DNA of 64,000 bases from assembly GCA_050948885.1 (NCBI GenBank), contig JBMNER010000006.1, positions 1,334 through 65,333 on the forward strand. The letters are read 5' to 3'. The position numbers and the translations under genes were made by a program. Shown in pieces: positions 31,443 to 40,478 of this stretch (positions are counted from its first letter, which is position 1; each line of letters begins with the position of its first letter). The notes beneath the pieces are model-generated. The model made no database searches and was not told the DNA's origin. It saw only the letters and a program-made list of their open reading frames with translations. Source of the stretch: Bacilli bacterium. Lineage in GTDB: Bacteria > Bacillota_I > Bacilli_A > RF39 > UBA660.

Positions 31443-32696
31443 ATGGCAAATAAAAACAAACATGAAATTATTATTAAAGTGGAAAAGAAAGAATGGGAAG
31501 AGGCCTTAAATAAGTCTTTTTCTAAAAATATTCAAGAAGTTAAAGTTGATGGTTTTAGAAAAGGAAAAGCACCGCGTGATGTTTATGAAAAAAAGTATGG
31601 CCGTGAATCCCTTTATATGGATGCGGTTGATTATGTTTTACCTAGTGCCTATAATAAGGCGCTTTCAACAAGTAAACTAATGCCGGTGGTTCAACCACAA
31701 GTTGATATTAAAAGTATTACGGATGATGGAGTTGAAATATTATTTACTATTACGACTAAACCACCCGTGAAAATAGATAAATATAAAGGCTTAAAGGTTA
31801 AAAAGGAAGTAGTAAAAGTAACCAATGAAGAAGTAATGGAGGAAATTGAAAAGTTAAAGAAACGTTATGCCGAGATTATTATTAAGGATAAAAAGATAGA
31901 AGCAGGCGATATTGCGGTTATTGATTTTGAGGGATTTAAAGAGGGGGTAGCTTTTGAAGGTGGTAAGGGTCAAGATTATTCACTAGAGATTGGTAGTAAG
32001 ACCTTTATTCCTGGTTTTGAGGAACAATTAGTGGGTATGAAGAAAAATGAAACTAAAGAAATTAAATTAACTTTCCCGGCGGAATATCCAAGTAAGGAAT
32101 TACAAAACCAACCGGTCATCTTCAAAGTAACGGTAAAAGAAGTTAAAGAAAAAAAGATTCCAGAATTAAAGGCGGCTTTTTTTAAAGATCTAGCCTTGGA
32201 TGGGGTTAAAGATTTAGAATCTTTAGAGAAGGAGTTAAAAGCGTCTATTACCGCATCAAAGGAAGCTCAGAATGAAAATATTTATTTAGATAATTTATTT
32301 GCGGCCATCGCTAAAAATGTGACGGTTGATGTTCCCGATGAAATGATTAAAGAGGAAGTCAATCGTATGTTAGGTAGATATAAGGAACAATTACAGATGC
32401 AAGGCATTGATATTAATCAATATTATCAAATGACCAAGACCACTGAGAGTGATTTGAAAAAGCAAATGCATCCTGAGGCGAAAAAACATGTTATTTATCG
32501 AATGATGTTAGAAGAGATTGCTAAATTAGAAAAAATAACAGTAACGGAAGATGAGGCCAAGAAAGAAGCTAAACGCCTTTCTACTCAGTATCAAATGGAA
32601 GAGGAAAAGTTTTTAGACTTATTTGGTGGCTTAGAGATGATTAAATATGATTTACAAATGCGTCGTACAATTGAATTTTTAAAAGACAATAATTAG
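31443..32696 (+). CDS. tig: trigger factor
   Basis: AAAGGAG RBS. Ribosome-binding motif GFRKGKAPR and a central FKBP-type PPIase domain (DFEGF.EG..FEGG). Confidence 0.95.
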   Translation: MANKNKHEIIIKVEKKEWEEALNKSFSKNIQEVKVDGFRKGKAPRDVYEKKYGRESLYMDAVDYVLPSAYNKALSTSKLMPVVQPQVDIKSITDDGVEILFTITTKPPVKIDKYKGLKVKKEVVKVTNEEVMEEIEKLKKRYAEIIIKDKKIEAGDIAVIDFEGFKEGVAFEGGKGQDYSLEIGSKTFIPGFEEQLVGMKKNETKEIKLTFPAEYPSKELQNQPVIFKVTVKEVKEKKIPELKAAFFKDLALDGVKDLESLEKELKASITASKEAQNENIYLDNLFAAIAKNVTVDVPDEMIKEEVNRMLGRYKEQLQMQGIDINQYYQMTKTTESDLKKQMHPEAKKHVIYRMMLEEIAKLEKITVTEDEAKKEAKRLSTQYQMEEEKFLDLFGGLEMIKYDLQMRRTIEFLKDNN

Positions 32697-32711
32697 TAAG
32701 ATAATAGTAAA

Positions 32712-33149
32712 GTGGTGAGGACTTTGGAGGTTGATATTACTCGTTTGGTTTCTAATTTTACCGATAAAATTAAAATTAATACGATGATTAATTTTAAAGA
32801 ACAGGAACTAGTTAATACCGAGATTAGAGCGTTAAAGGATTTATTAGTAACCGGTTACCTTTCAAAGAGCAGTGAACATATTTATAACTTAAATATTAAT
32901 GTTACTGGTTCGATGGTGTTACCATGTACTTTAACATCAGAGGATATTATTTATCCGTTATCATTAAGTATTAATGAAATTTTAAGTGATATTGATGAAT
33001 CCTCGGAAAAATATTTAAAAATAAATGGTAATATGGTTGATATAAAACCAATTATATGGCAAAATATTGTTTTGGTAGTTCCTAATAAAGTAGAATCAAC
33101 CGTGTATAAAGCAGAAAGCATTAAAGTAAATAATATGAGTGATAAGTAG
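32712..33149 (+). CDS. yceD: YceD/DUF177 family protein (23S rRNA accumulation protein)
   Basis: About 145 aa, acidic, lying directly upstream of rpmF as in most bacteria. Confidence 0.8.
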   Translation: MVRTLEVDITRLVSNFTDKIKINTMINFKEQELVNTEIRALKDLLVTGYLSKSSEHIYNLNINVTGSMVLPCTLTSEDIIYPLSLSINEILSDIDESSEKYLKINGNMVDIKPIIWQNIVLVVPNKVESTVYKAESIKVNNMSDK

Positions 33150-33164
33150 AAGGGAGAGAAGAAA

Positions 33165-33356
33165 ATGGCGGTGCCAAAAAGAAGAACTAGTAAAACTAGA
33201 AAAAGAATGCGTCGCACCCATTATAAATTAGACCCTAAGGGTCTAGTTAAGTGTACTAATTGTCAAGCGATGATTAAACCACATCGAGTTTGTGATGAAT
33301 GTGGATTTTATCAAGGGAAAAAGGTGCAGGAAGTAAAAAAAGATGTTAAAGAATAA
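33165..33356 (+). CDS. rpmF: 50S ribosomal protein L32
   Basis: [20 protein letters not shown]-terminus and a CxxC...CxxC zinc ribbon. Confidence 0.95.
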   Translation: MAVPKRRTSKTRKRMRRTHYKLDPKGLVKCTNCQAMIKPHRVCDECGFYQGKKVQEVKKDVKE

Positions 33357-33375
33357 TAATTAAGATAGTAATGAT

Positions 33376-33398
33376 GTTGACATATAATATAATGATAG
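33376..33398. repeat. left copy of a 23-bp perfect direct repeat flanking the IS
   Basis: GTTGACATATAATATAATGATAG, identical to 34522-34544. Confidence 0.95.
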
Positions 33399-33401
33399 GG
33401 T

Positions 33402-33426
33402 TGTACGTTTGTAAATGATGTGAGAC
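33402..33426. repeat. IS terminal inverted repeat (stop-proximal end)
   Basis: TGTACGTTTGTAAATGATGTGAGAC. Confidence 0.75.
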
Positions 33427-33469
33427 TAAAAAGTGATAAAAAATGAAGCAAAATGATATATTATAAATG

Positions 33470-34420
33470 TTAATTATTATTAATTAATTTATGTCTCATT
33501 TGGAGGGGTGATAACCAATTTAGAGTTTGCATCGGAATGTTATTAGACCTTCTTAAATATCTTTTCATCTGTAATAATAAATCATCATATGAGTAGAATG
33601 ATAAGTATTTATAAAATCTTTCGTTATCATTCCGATGAGATCTTTCCACCTTACCATTATGTCTAGGTGTTCTAGGTCTGATAAGTTGATGTTTGATATT
33701 TAAGTTTTTACATAATGTAGTAAATGGATGAATTCTATTTGTCATCTTTAGATGAGTAAATTCTTGACCATTATCAGTTTGGATTATCTTTGGTGAGTAA
33801 CCAAAGTAAACAATAGCTCTTTTAACAAAATCAATAGTAGTGTAAGAAGATTGTTCCTTATATGGGTAAATAAATCTTTCTCTAGAAGCCTCATCAATAA
33901 TAGTATATTGATAAAATTTATCTGGGATTTTGCCAGTATAACAACGTTTAGAGATATATTTAACATCCATTTGCCATTTCACACCTAAATCTTTAGGAGT
34001 ATCATAGGGTTTAGGAACATACTTTTTATAATTATGCTGCCGTTGTTTCACATAACCCATTTTTCTTAGAATTCTAAATAAGGAACAGGCATGTCTAGAG
34101 TAACCCTTATCAATTCTTAATTTACCATACAGTTCAATCATTGAAATATTGGGATTTCTTCTAATATAATTTCTAATCCATGTTAATTCTTCTTCGGTAT
34201 GAGAATTAGGATGAGGAGTTAGGGGCTTGTGAGACTTATCAATTAAAGATTTTTTATTCCCATCAAATTTCTTATTCCAGCGCATTAAAGAAGCTTTACT
34301 AATTTTATATCTTCGGCAGACAAAAGAAATTGATCTAACCTGGCGATATAAATTAACAGCGTGATATTTTGTGTGTAATTCATGTGGATAATATCGTTGT
34401 GAGTGTGATATACTTATCAT
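33470..34420 (-). CDS. DDE transposase (HTH + rve integrase core), IS481 family-like
   Basis: GAAAGGAA RBS. Catalytic triad candidates are WQMDVKY, IQTDNGQEF and RTPRHNGKVERSHR. Confidence 0.9.
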   Translation of the reverse strand: MISISHSQRYYPHELHTKYHAVNLYRQVRSISFVCRRYKISKASLMRWNKKFDGNKKSLIDKSHKPLTPHPNSHTEEELTWIRNYIRRNPNISMIELYGKLRIDKGYSRHACSLFRILRKMGYVKQRQHNYKKYVPKPYDTPKDLGVKWQMDVKYISKRCYTGKIPDKFYQYTIIDEASRERFIYPYKEQSSYTTIDFVKRAIVYFGYSPKIIQTDNGQEFTHLKMTNRIHPFTTLCKNLNIKHQLIRPRTPRHNGKVERSHRNDNERFYKYLSFYSYDDLLLQMKRYLRRSNNIPMQTLNWLSPLQMRHKLINNN

Positions 34421-34496
34421 AGCGATTTATTCCTTTCTAAATGTTTTTATCAATTAACATTATAAGGTATTAAATCGCTTTTGAATATATTTATCG

Positions 34497-34521
34497 GTCT
34501 CACATCAATTGTAACATTACA
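34497..34521. repeat. IS terminal inverted repeat (start-proximal end)
   Basis: GTCTCACATCAATTGTAACATTACA. Confidence 0.75.
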
Positions 34522-34544
34522 GTTGACATATAATATAATGATAG
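34522..34544. repeat. right copy of the 23-bp direct repeat
   Basis: GTTGACATATAATATAATGATAG, abutting the IS end directly. Confidence 0.95.
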
Positions 34545-34551
34545 AGTATAG

Positions 34552-34580
34552 TTGACAAATGGAAAATATCATAGTATAAT
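34552..34580 (+). promoter_or_regulatory. sigma-A promoter of the infC-rpmI-rplT operon
   Basis: TTGACA (34552-34557), a 17-nt spacer and TATAAT (34575-34580): perfect consensus. Confidence 0.8.
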
Positions 34581-34712
34581 ACGAATGGTTTAAGGAAAGA
34601 AGATGTATCCCATCTCACCCGATTGCTGTAAGCTTTGGGTTAATGCCAATTAATTTTGATATATAATTAATGGAAATGTGGATACAAGTGAAAGCCACAT
34701 TTTATTTTTATA
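34581..34712 (+). promoter_or_regulatory. L20-type ribosomal leader with an attenuator terminator
   Basis: About 180-nt leader before infC containing the terminator AAATGTGG-N13-CCACATTT followed by TATTTTTA (34674-34710). This matches the known L20-mediated attenuation arrangement in Bacillus. The L20-binding fold itself was not verified. Confidence 0.55.
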
Positions 34713-34759
34713 AATTTAATAATTTATAAGATGATAAATATATTTGGAGGTGTTTAAAT

Positions 34760-35302
34760 ATTATAAATCCTAAGAAGGATACGTTGGTTAATAATGCGAT
34801 AAGGAGTAATGAGGTTTTTGTTATTGGCCCTAATGGTGAACAACTGGGCATTAAAACTAAACAAGATGCTTTAGTTTTGGCACAAGCGGCTGGTTTTGAT
34901 CTAGTCGCGGTTAATTCTAATGCGGTCCCGCCAGTTTGTAAATTAATGGATTATAATAAGTATCGTTATGAAAAAAACAAAAAAACCAAGGAAGCCAATA
35001 AGAAACAACGCGCTAAGAATCTAAGCATTAAAGAGTTTAGATTATCACCATCTATTGACCAACATGATTTTAGTACGAAGTTAAGGAATGTAACCAAGTA
35101 TTTAGAAAAAAACAATAAGATAAAAGTATGGATTAGGTTTAAAGGTGGTCGAGCTCTCGCGCATGTTGATTTAGGAAAAGATGTTTTAATTCGTTTTGCT
35201 GATGCCTTAAAGGATCTTTGTGAGATTGAAAAGGAACCTAAATTAGAGGGCCGAGTAATGACCATGGTTTTAATACCAAAGGTTAAAAATAAGGAGGGAT
35301 AG
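34760..35302 (+). CDS. infC: translation initiation factor IF-3 (probable ATT start)
   Basis: GGAGG at 34746-34750 lies 9 nt before in-frame ATT 34760. The track start TTG 34784 has no RBS and removes conserved N-terminal residues. Body motifs NEVFVIGPNGEQLGI and KEFRLSPSIDQHD are present. Confidence 0.9.
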   Translation: MINPKKDTLVNNAIRSNEVFVIGPNGEQLGIKTKQDALVLAQAAGFDLVAVNSNAVPPVCKLMDYNKYRYEKNKKTKEANKKQRAKNLSIKEFRLSPSIDQHDFSTKLRNVTKYLEKNNKIKVWIRFKGGRALAHVDLGKDVLIRFADALKDLCEIEKEPKLEGRVMTMVLIPKVKNKEG

Positions 35303-35304
35303 TA

Positions 35305-35493
35305 ATGCCAAAACAAAAAAAACATAAAGGAATTGCCAAAACTTTAAATAAAAGACCAAGTGGTTATGTTTCAAAACAACAAGTTGGTAGGAACCATAAT
35401 ACTGGTGGTAAAGCCGCTAATTTTATTAGAACTAAAAGAAAGAGTACGCCACTTAGTGCTGGTGACAAGCAGAGGTTGAAAAAGATTATCTAA
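35305..35493 (+). CDS. rpmI: 50S ribosomal protein L35
   Basis: MPKQKKHKGIAKTL..., 62 aa, in infC-rpmI-rplT order. Confidence 0.95.
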   Translation: MPKQKKHKGIAKTLNKRPSGYVSKQQVGRNHNTGGKAANFIRTKRKSTPLSAGDKQRLKKII

Positions 35494-35511
35494 AAAGGAG
35501 GATAATGACAA

Positions 35512-36027
35512 ATGGTAAGAATCAAGGGTAGTACGGTAAAACTACAACGTCGCAAGAAAGTCTTAAAGGCTGCCAAAGGTTATTTTGGTAGTAAACATCG
35601 TTTATATAGAACGGCCAAAGAACAAGTTATGCGTTCTTTAACTTATGCTTATCGCGATCGCCGACAAAAGAAAAGGGATTTTCGTAAATTATGGATAACG
35701 CGTATTAACGCGGCCTGTCGTAAGTGTAATATTAGTTATTCTAGGTTTATGGATGGCTTAAAGAAAGCTAATGTGATAATTAATCGGAAAATGCTTTCCG
35801 AGATAGCCATTAATGATTTTGAATTATTTAAACAATTAGTGAAAATCAGTAAGGCTAAAGAGGTACCTAGTCAAAAAGTATCAGTTGCTGTTAAAAAAAC
35901 AATTCCCGTTACGGAAGATTTATCACAATTAACCGTTGCTAGGTTAAAAGAAATAGCGAAAGAAAAAGGCTTAGTTGGTTATTCTAGTCTTAAAAAAGAC
36001 GAATTAATTAAAGCCTTAACAAAATAA
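35512..36027 (+). CDS. rplT: 50S ribosomal protein L20 with a C-terminal Rho_N/SAP-like extension
   Basis: Residues 1-115 are canonical L20 ([12 protein letters not shown]...RLYR.AKEQV). Residues of about 136-171, [36 protein letters not shown], fit the Rho N-terminal helix-extended-helix motif. Confidence 0.95.
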   Translation: MVRIKGSTVKLQRRKKVLKAAKGYFGSKHRLYRTAKEQVMRSLTYAYRDRRQKKRDFRKLWITRINAACRKCNISYSRFMDGLKKANVIINRKMLSEIAINDFELFKQLVKISKAKEVPSQKVSVAVKKTIPVTEDLSQLTVARLKEIAKEKGLVGYSSLKKDELIKALTK

Positions 36028-36047
36028 CTATCATAGTTATTTTTTTT
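36024..36047 (+). terminator. weak AT-rich intrinsic terminator after rplT
   Basis: ATAACTA-TCA-TAGTTAT followed by TTTTTTT. Confidence 0.5.
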
Positions 36048-36142
36048 ATCTTTCTAGCTCCTTTTAACAGTACTTTACCATAGACTTTTTAAAATATTTC
36101 TTGTATAATAAATACCAGACTTTATTATGGAGGTTTGATAAA

Positions 36143-38452
36143 ATGAAGACTAATTTACCAGTTATTCTCCTTAGAGGGATTGTTATCTTACCACAAGCGG
36201 AAATTAAGTTAGATATAACTAAGGATATAGAGAAAAAAGCCATTGCGATGGCGGAAGAATATCATGATAATCATATTTTACTTGCTTGTCAGCCTAATTT
36301 AGAAGAAAATCCGGATATTCGAGACATCTCCAAAATCGGTATTATCGGTTTTATAAAAGTAAAGATGGAAATGCCTAATAATAAAATTAAGGTTATTATT
36401 AAAGGGCTGAATCGTACGCACATCTATGATTTAGTTAATCATGATGGTTATCATGAAGCCGCGGTGGGACCAATTACACAATATGATGTTGATTTGAAGA
36501 TGGAAATGGCCTATGTACGAAAGACCTTCAAGGAATTGAAAAAGTATACGGGGTTAATTCCTTATCTTAATAATACCGTTTTAAATCAAATTGATGGGTT
36601 AACATCGGCTGGTAAGTTAACTGATATTGTGGCCTTAGTAATGCCATTATCATTAGAGCGAAAAACAACTTACTTAGAGACCCTTAATCCTATCGAGCGT
36701 ATTAAAATGTTACTTGGTGATATTCGCCAAGAGGAAGAAATAACTCGATTAGAACAAAAAATAGATTTAGAATTAAAGCATCAATTAGATGAAGCACAGA
36801 AGAAATTTGTTCTAACGGAAAAAATGCGGATTATTAGAGAAGAGTTAGGCGATATAAGTACCAAAGATAAAGATGTTGAAAACATTAATAAAAAAATGAA
36901 AAAATTAAAGCTACCAAAAGCGGTTAAAGCTAGGTTAAATGAAGAAATTAAAAGATATGAAGGACTACCTTCTAATTCACCAGAGACCGCTGTCGTTAGA
37001 AATTATATTGATTGGTTACTAAATCTTCCTTGGCAAGTTATAACTCGCGATAACGATGATTTAAAAAGAGCTAAACAAATTCTTAATAGTTCCCATTATG
37101 GATTAGAAAAAATAAAAACCCGGATTATTGAATATTTAGGCGTGAAAAAAATGACAAAGAATTTAAGGTCACCCATTTTATGTTTTGTGGGTCCGCCAGG
37201 AACTGGTAAAACCTCTTTAGCGAAAAGTATTGCGACTAGTTTAAATAGAAAATTTGTTAAAATAGCGGTAGGAGCAGCCAGTGATGAAGCGGAAATTGTT
37301 GGTCATCGACGTACTTATGTGGGGGCTAGCCCGGGGCGCATTATTCAAGCGATGAAGAAGGCCAAAGTTTCTAATCCGGTATTTTTAATTGATGAGATTG
37401 ACAAGATGAGTAAGAGTTACCGGGGTGATCCCGCTAGTAGTTTACTGGAGGTCTTAGATCCAGAACAAAATCAGTTCTTTGCTGATCATTATATTGAAGT
37501 TGAATATGATTTATCAAAAGTTTTATTTATTGCTACTGCCAACTATCTACATGATATTCCCGAAGCTCTAAGAGACCGTTTAGAGATTGTGGAGTTATCA
37601 GGTTATACTGAATATGAAAAATTAGATATTGCTAAAAAACATCTACTTCCAAAACAGCTAGAAGAACATGGTTTAGATAAAGTTAAAATTACTCTAGATG
37701 ATGAGGCTATTTTAACTATTATTAGAAATTATACTAAAGAAGCTGGGGTACGTGAGTTAGAACGTCTAATCGCGACTGTTTTAAGGAAAATTGTTACTAA
37801 ACTAGTGGCGAAAGAACCAAAATCAAAGTTAGAATTTGCAATTAAAAATAAAGACGTCACGAAGTATTTAGGAAAGGAAAAATATCTTCCTAATGACCAG
37901 GATGTTGGTGATAAAGTAGGGGTAGTTAATGGTCTTGCGTATACTTATTTTGGTGGCGATATTTTACCAATTGAGGTTACCTTCTTTAAAGGTAAGGGTG
38001 ATTTGGTCTTAACTGGTTCTTTAGGTGAGGTAATGAAAGAGAGCGCACGAATTGCGTTAAGTTATATTAAATCACATGCTGACGAATTAGGAATTGAAGC
38101 CAAAAAGATTAGTCAAAATGATATTCATATTCATGTTCCAGAAGGAGCCATTCCGAAAGATGGACCTAGTGCTGGTATTACCTTAACCACTGCTTTAATT
38201 AGTGCTTTTAAGAATATGCCTATTAATCATACCATTGGAATGACTGGCGAAATGACTTTACGTGGGTCAGTTCTGCGTATTGGTGGGTTAAAGGAAAAAG
38301 CCATTGGGGCACATCGTAATGGTTTAAAAATAATCATAATTCCGCGTGGAAACGAACGGGATTTAGATGAGATTCCTAAGGAAATTAGAGAAGAATTAAG
38401 TTTTATCTCCGTCAAAAAGTATGAAGAGGTATTAGATATCGTTAATCAGTAA
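36143..38452 (+). CDS. lon: ATP-dependent protease Lon (LonA type)
   Basis: GGAGG RBS before ATG 36143. LON N-domain, Walker A GPPGTGKTS, Walker B FLIDEIDK and protease Ser in PKDGPSAG. Confidence 0.97.
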   Translation: MKTNLPVILLRGIVILPQAEIKLDITKDIEKKAIAMAEEYHDNHILLACQPNLEENPDIRDISKIGIIGFIKVKMEMPNNKIKVIIKGLNRTHIYDLVNHDGYHEAAVGPITQYDVDLKMEMAYVRKTFKELKKYTGLIPYLNNTVLNQIDGLTSAGKLTDIVALVMPLSLERKTTYLETLNPIERIKMLLGDIRQEEEITRLEQKIDLELKHQLDEAQKKFVLTEKMRIIREELGDISTKDKDVENINKKMKKLKLPKAVKARLNEEIKRYEGLPSNSPETAVVRNYIDWLLNLPWQVITRDNDDLKRAKQILNSSHYGLEKIKTRIIEYLGVKKMTKNLRSPILCFVGPPGTGKTSLAKSIATSLNRKFVKIAVGAASDEAEIVGHRRTYVGASPGRIIQAMKKAKVSNPVFLIDEIDKMSKSYRGDPASSLLEVLDPEQNQFFADHYIEVEYDLSKVLFIATANYLHDIPEALRDRLEIVELSGYTEYEKLDIAKKHLLPKQLEEHGLDKVKITLDDEAILTIIRNYTKEAGVRELERLIATVLRKIVTKLVAKEPKSKLEFAIKNKDVTKYLGKEKYLPNDQDVGDKVGVVNGLAYTYFGGDILPIEVTFFKGKGDLVLTGSLGEVMKESARIALSYIKSHADELGIEAKKISQNDIHIHVPEGAIPKDGPSAGITLTTALISAFKNMPINHTIGMTGEMTLRGSVLRIGGLKEKAIGAHRNGLKIIIIPRGNERDLDEIPKEIREELSFISVKKYEEVLDIVNQ

Positions 38453-38485
38453 TAAGATAATACTCTTCTTTTGAAAATAATATTT

Positions 38486-38509
38486 AAGATCACAATCGTG
38501 ATCTTTTTT
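38486..38509 (+). terminator. intrinsic terminator after lon
   Basis: AAGATCAC-AATC-GTGATCTT followed by TTTT. Confidence 0.8.
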
Positions 38510-38569
38510 GTATTCATAATTGGTTTTTTTTAATCATATATTTAACTGAAGAAGTGAAAGGAGATTATT

Positions 38570-39316
38570 ATGAAACAAATTATACCTTTTAAAAAAGACC
38601 TTGTTTTTGATTCTTTTATTAGTGAAATAACCAGTATATCGTTGGAGCATACTCTCCATTTAGCAGATGGTATAGTGACGGGGGAATTTATTATTGGTGG
38701 TCAATATAAAATTAGTGATGTTAGTATTACCCCAACCGATTTTTATTTTAGTGTTCCTTTTGATATTGCGGTTGATGATGATTATGATTTAACGTCTGTT
38801 AAAATAGATATTGAAGATTTTTATTATGAAATTATTAAAGATAACACCTTGCAAATTAATATTGAGGTTGGCATTGATGGATTAAAGGCTAAAGAAGTTA
38901 AAACACCAGAGTCAGTAATTGAAGAAGTAGAAACCTTAAAAATACCTAAAGAGAGTGGTACTGAGGAGGATAGGTTAATTAATGATGTAGAGGGTGAGAT
39001 AATAAAAGAAGCAGAAGGTAATCGCGAGGTGGAAGGTGAGAGTATCGCCGTTGAAACCGATGAAACATTTAAAAGAGGTAGTGAGCAAGACTCGGTAATA
39101 ACAAAGGAACAAATCAGAACTGTTTTTGATTCTTTTGATGATAGTGCGGAAACATTTGCTACTTATTTTGTCTATATAGTAAGAGAAAATGATACTTTAG
39201 AAGCCATTTTACAAAAATATAATGTTACCAAGGAAGCTTTAGGTGATTATAATGATTTAGAAGACATTAAAATTGGTACCAAGTTAATTATTCCCGCGTC
39301 GACTAATTATGAATAA
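38570..39316 (+). CDS. spoVID: SpoVID-like spore coat morphogenetic protein (N-terminal SPOCS-like region, acidic linker, C-terminal LysM)
   Basis: C-terminal LysM YIVRENDTLEAILQKYNVTKEALGDYNDL...IGTKLIIP. A Glu-rich middle. It is followed by a CotS/YsxE-like gene, as in the B. subtilis spoVID-ysxE pair. Confidence 0.6.
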   Translation: MKQIIPFKKDLVFDSFISEITSISLEHTLHLADGIVTGEFIIGGQYKISDVSITPTDFYFSVPFDIAVDDDYDLTSVKIDIEDFYYEIIKDNTLQINIEVGIDGLKAKEVKTPESVIEEVETLKIPKESGTEEDRLINDVEGEIIKEAEGNREVEGESIAVETDETFKRGSEQDSVITKEQIRTVFDSFDDSAETFATYFVYIVRENDTLEAILQKYNVTKEALGDYNDLEDIKIGTKLIIPASTNYE

Positions 39317-40205
39317 TATTAAAGATATTGTTAATCGCTACGCCCTTTGTCCTAAAAGTTATACTATTAAAGGTGACGTAATTGTAATTGAGACTGAAGA
39401 AGGGCGTTTTGTTTTTAAATTAAATAATGGTAAGAATCTAGGTAAATTATATGATTATTTACGGTCAAGAAGTTTTTATCATTTTCAACCTTTAGTCAAT
39501 ATGGATGAGCGTTATAGTATTCATGATTATGTTGAAGAGGTGGAAATGCCAACGGAGCAAAAAGCTTTAGATTTAATGTTGGTCCTTAGTTCTCTACATA
39601 ATAAAACCACTTATTATCAAGAGGTTACCTTTGATGATTATAAAAAAATATATGAAGAATTAACGGAGCAGATTAAAGATTATTATGATTATTATCATTA
39701 TTTAATTGAAGAGATTGAAACTAAAGTTTATATGAGCCCCGCCCAATATCTATTAGCCCGTAATATTAATAAAATATATGGGTCGTTAAGTTTTTGTCAA
39801 CATGAACTTAATTATTGGTATGATTTAATTAAGGATAAAAAAAAACAACGAGTCGTTATTTTGCATAATAATTTAGAGATAGACCATCTTTTGCATGATG
39901 ATAAAATGTATTTAATTAGTTGGGATCATTATCAAATAGGGATGCCTATTTATGATTTATACTATTTCTATCAAAAACATTATCATGAATTAGCGTTTTA
40001 TGAACTGTTTAAGGCTTATGAAAGTAAATATCCGTTATTAGAGGAGGAACGGAAGTTATTATTTATTTTGTTAGCTCTGCCTGGTAAGGCCGCCTTTAAT
40101 AATAATCAATTTTTAAATTGTCAAACGGTTAGTAAGCGTTTGGAATATATTTATAAAACGGAAAAGTTAATCTTAGATTATAATACGACAGATAAAGTAG
40201 AATAA
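39309..40205 (+). CDS. ysxE: CotS/YsxE family spore coat protein (kinase-like fold)
   Basis: 298 aa, Tyr/His-rich, with aminoglycoside-phosphotransferase-like organisation (..ILHNNLEIDHLL..WDHY). Overlaps the spoVID stop. Confidence 0.6.
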   Translation: MNNIKDIVNRYALCPKSYTIKGDVIVIETEEGRFVFKLNNGKNLGKLYDYLRSRSFYHFQPLVNMDERYSIHDYVEEVEMPTEQKALDLMLVLSSLHNKTTYYQEVTFDDYKKIYEELTEQIKDYYDYYHYLIEEIETKVYMSPAQYLLARNINKIYGSLSFCQHELNYWYDLIKDKKKQRVVILHNNLEIDHLLHDDKMYLISWDHYQIGMPIYDLYYFYQKHYHELAFYELFKAYESKYPLLEEERKLLFILLALPGKAAFNNNQFLNCQTVSKRLEYIYKTEKLILDYNTTDKVE

Positions 40206-40388
40206 AAGACATAATTCAATAAATAATAAAACGGAATTAGCTGATGACCAAATAATAATATTAATAAAAGCTTGATAAGTAACAATAATCATTAAAAAAC
40301 CAATACAAATAATATTAAAGAAACTATATCTTCTTCTAAGGCGACAAGCCTCGCAAAGGCAAAAGAAACCGTGTTTATGAAATTTCAT
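40173..40388 (-). CDS. small Cys-containing two-TM membrane protein (71 aa), hypothetical
   Basis: AGGTGA RBS 5 nt before the ATG on the minus strand. MKFHKHGFFCLCEACRLRRR is followed by two hydrophobic helices. Its 3' end overlaps ysxE by 33 nt, convergently. Confidence 0.4.
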   Translation of the reverse strand: MKFHKHGFFCLCEACRLRRRYSFFNIICIGFLMIIVTYQAFINIIIWSSANSVLLFIELCLLFYFICRIII

Positions 40389-40478
40389 TTAGATCACCTG
40401 TTATAAGTTATTCGCATTAATAGAATGTGTTTATAATAAATAAAAGTTTTAGTATGTTATAATATAATCGGTGATAGT

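Larger units (their letters stand above)
33402..34521 (-). mobile_element. insertion sequence, IS481-like (about 1.12 kb)
   Basis: Imperfect 25-bp terminal inverted repeats beginning with TGT (33402-33426 vs reverse complement of 34497-34521, 19/25 identical) enclose a single DDE transposase gene. Confidence 0.8.
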
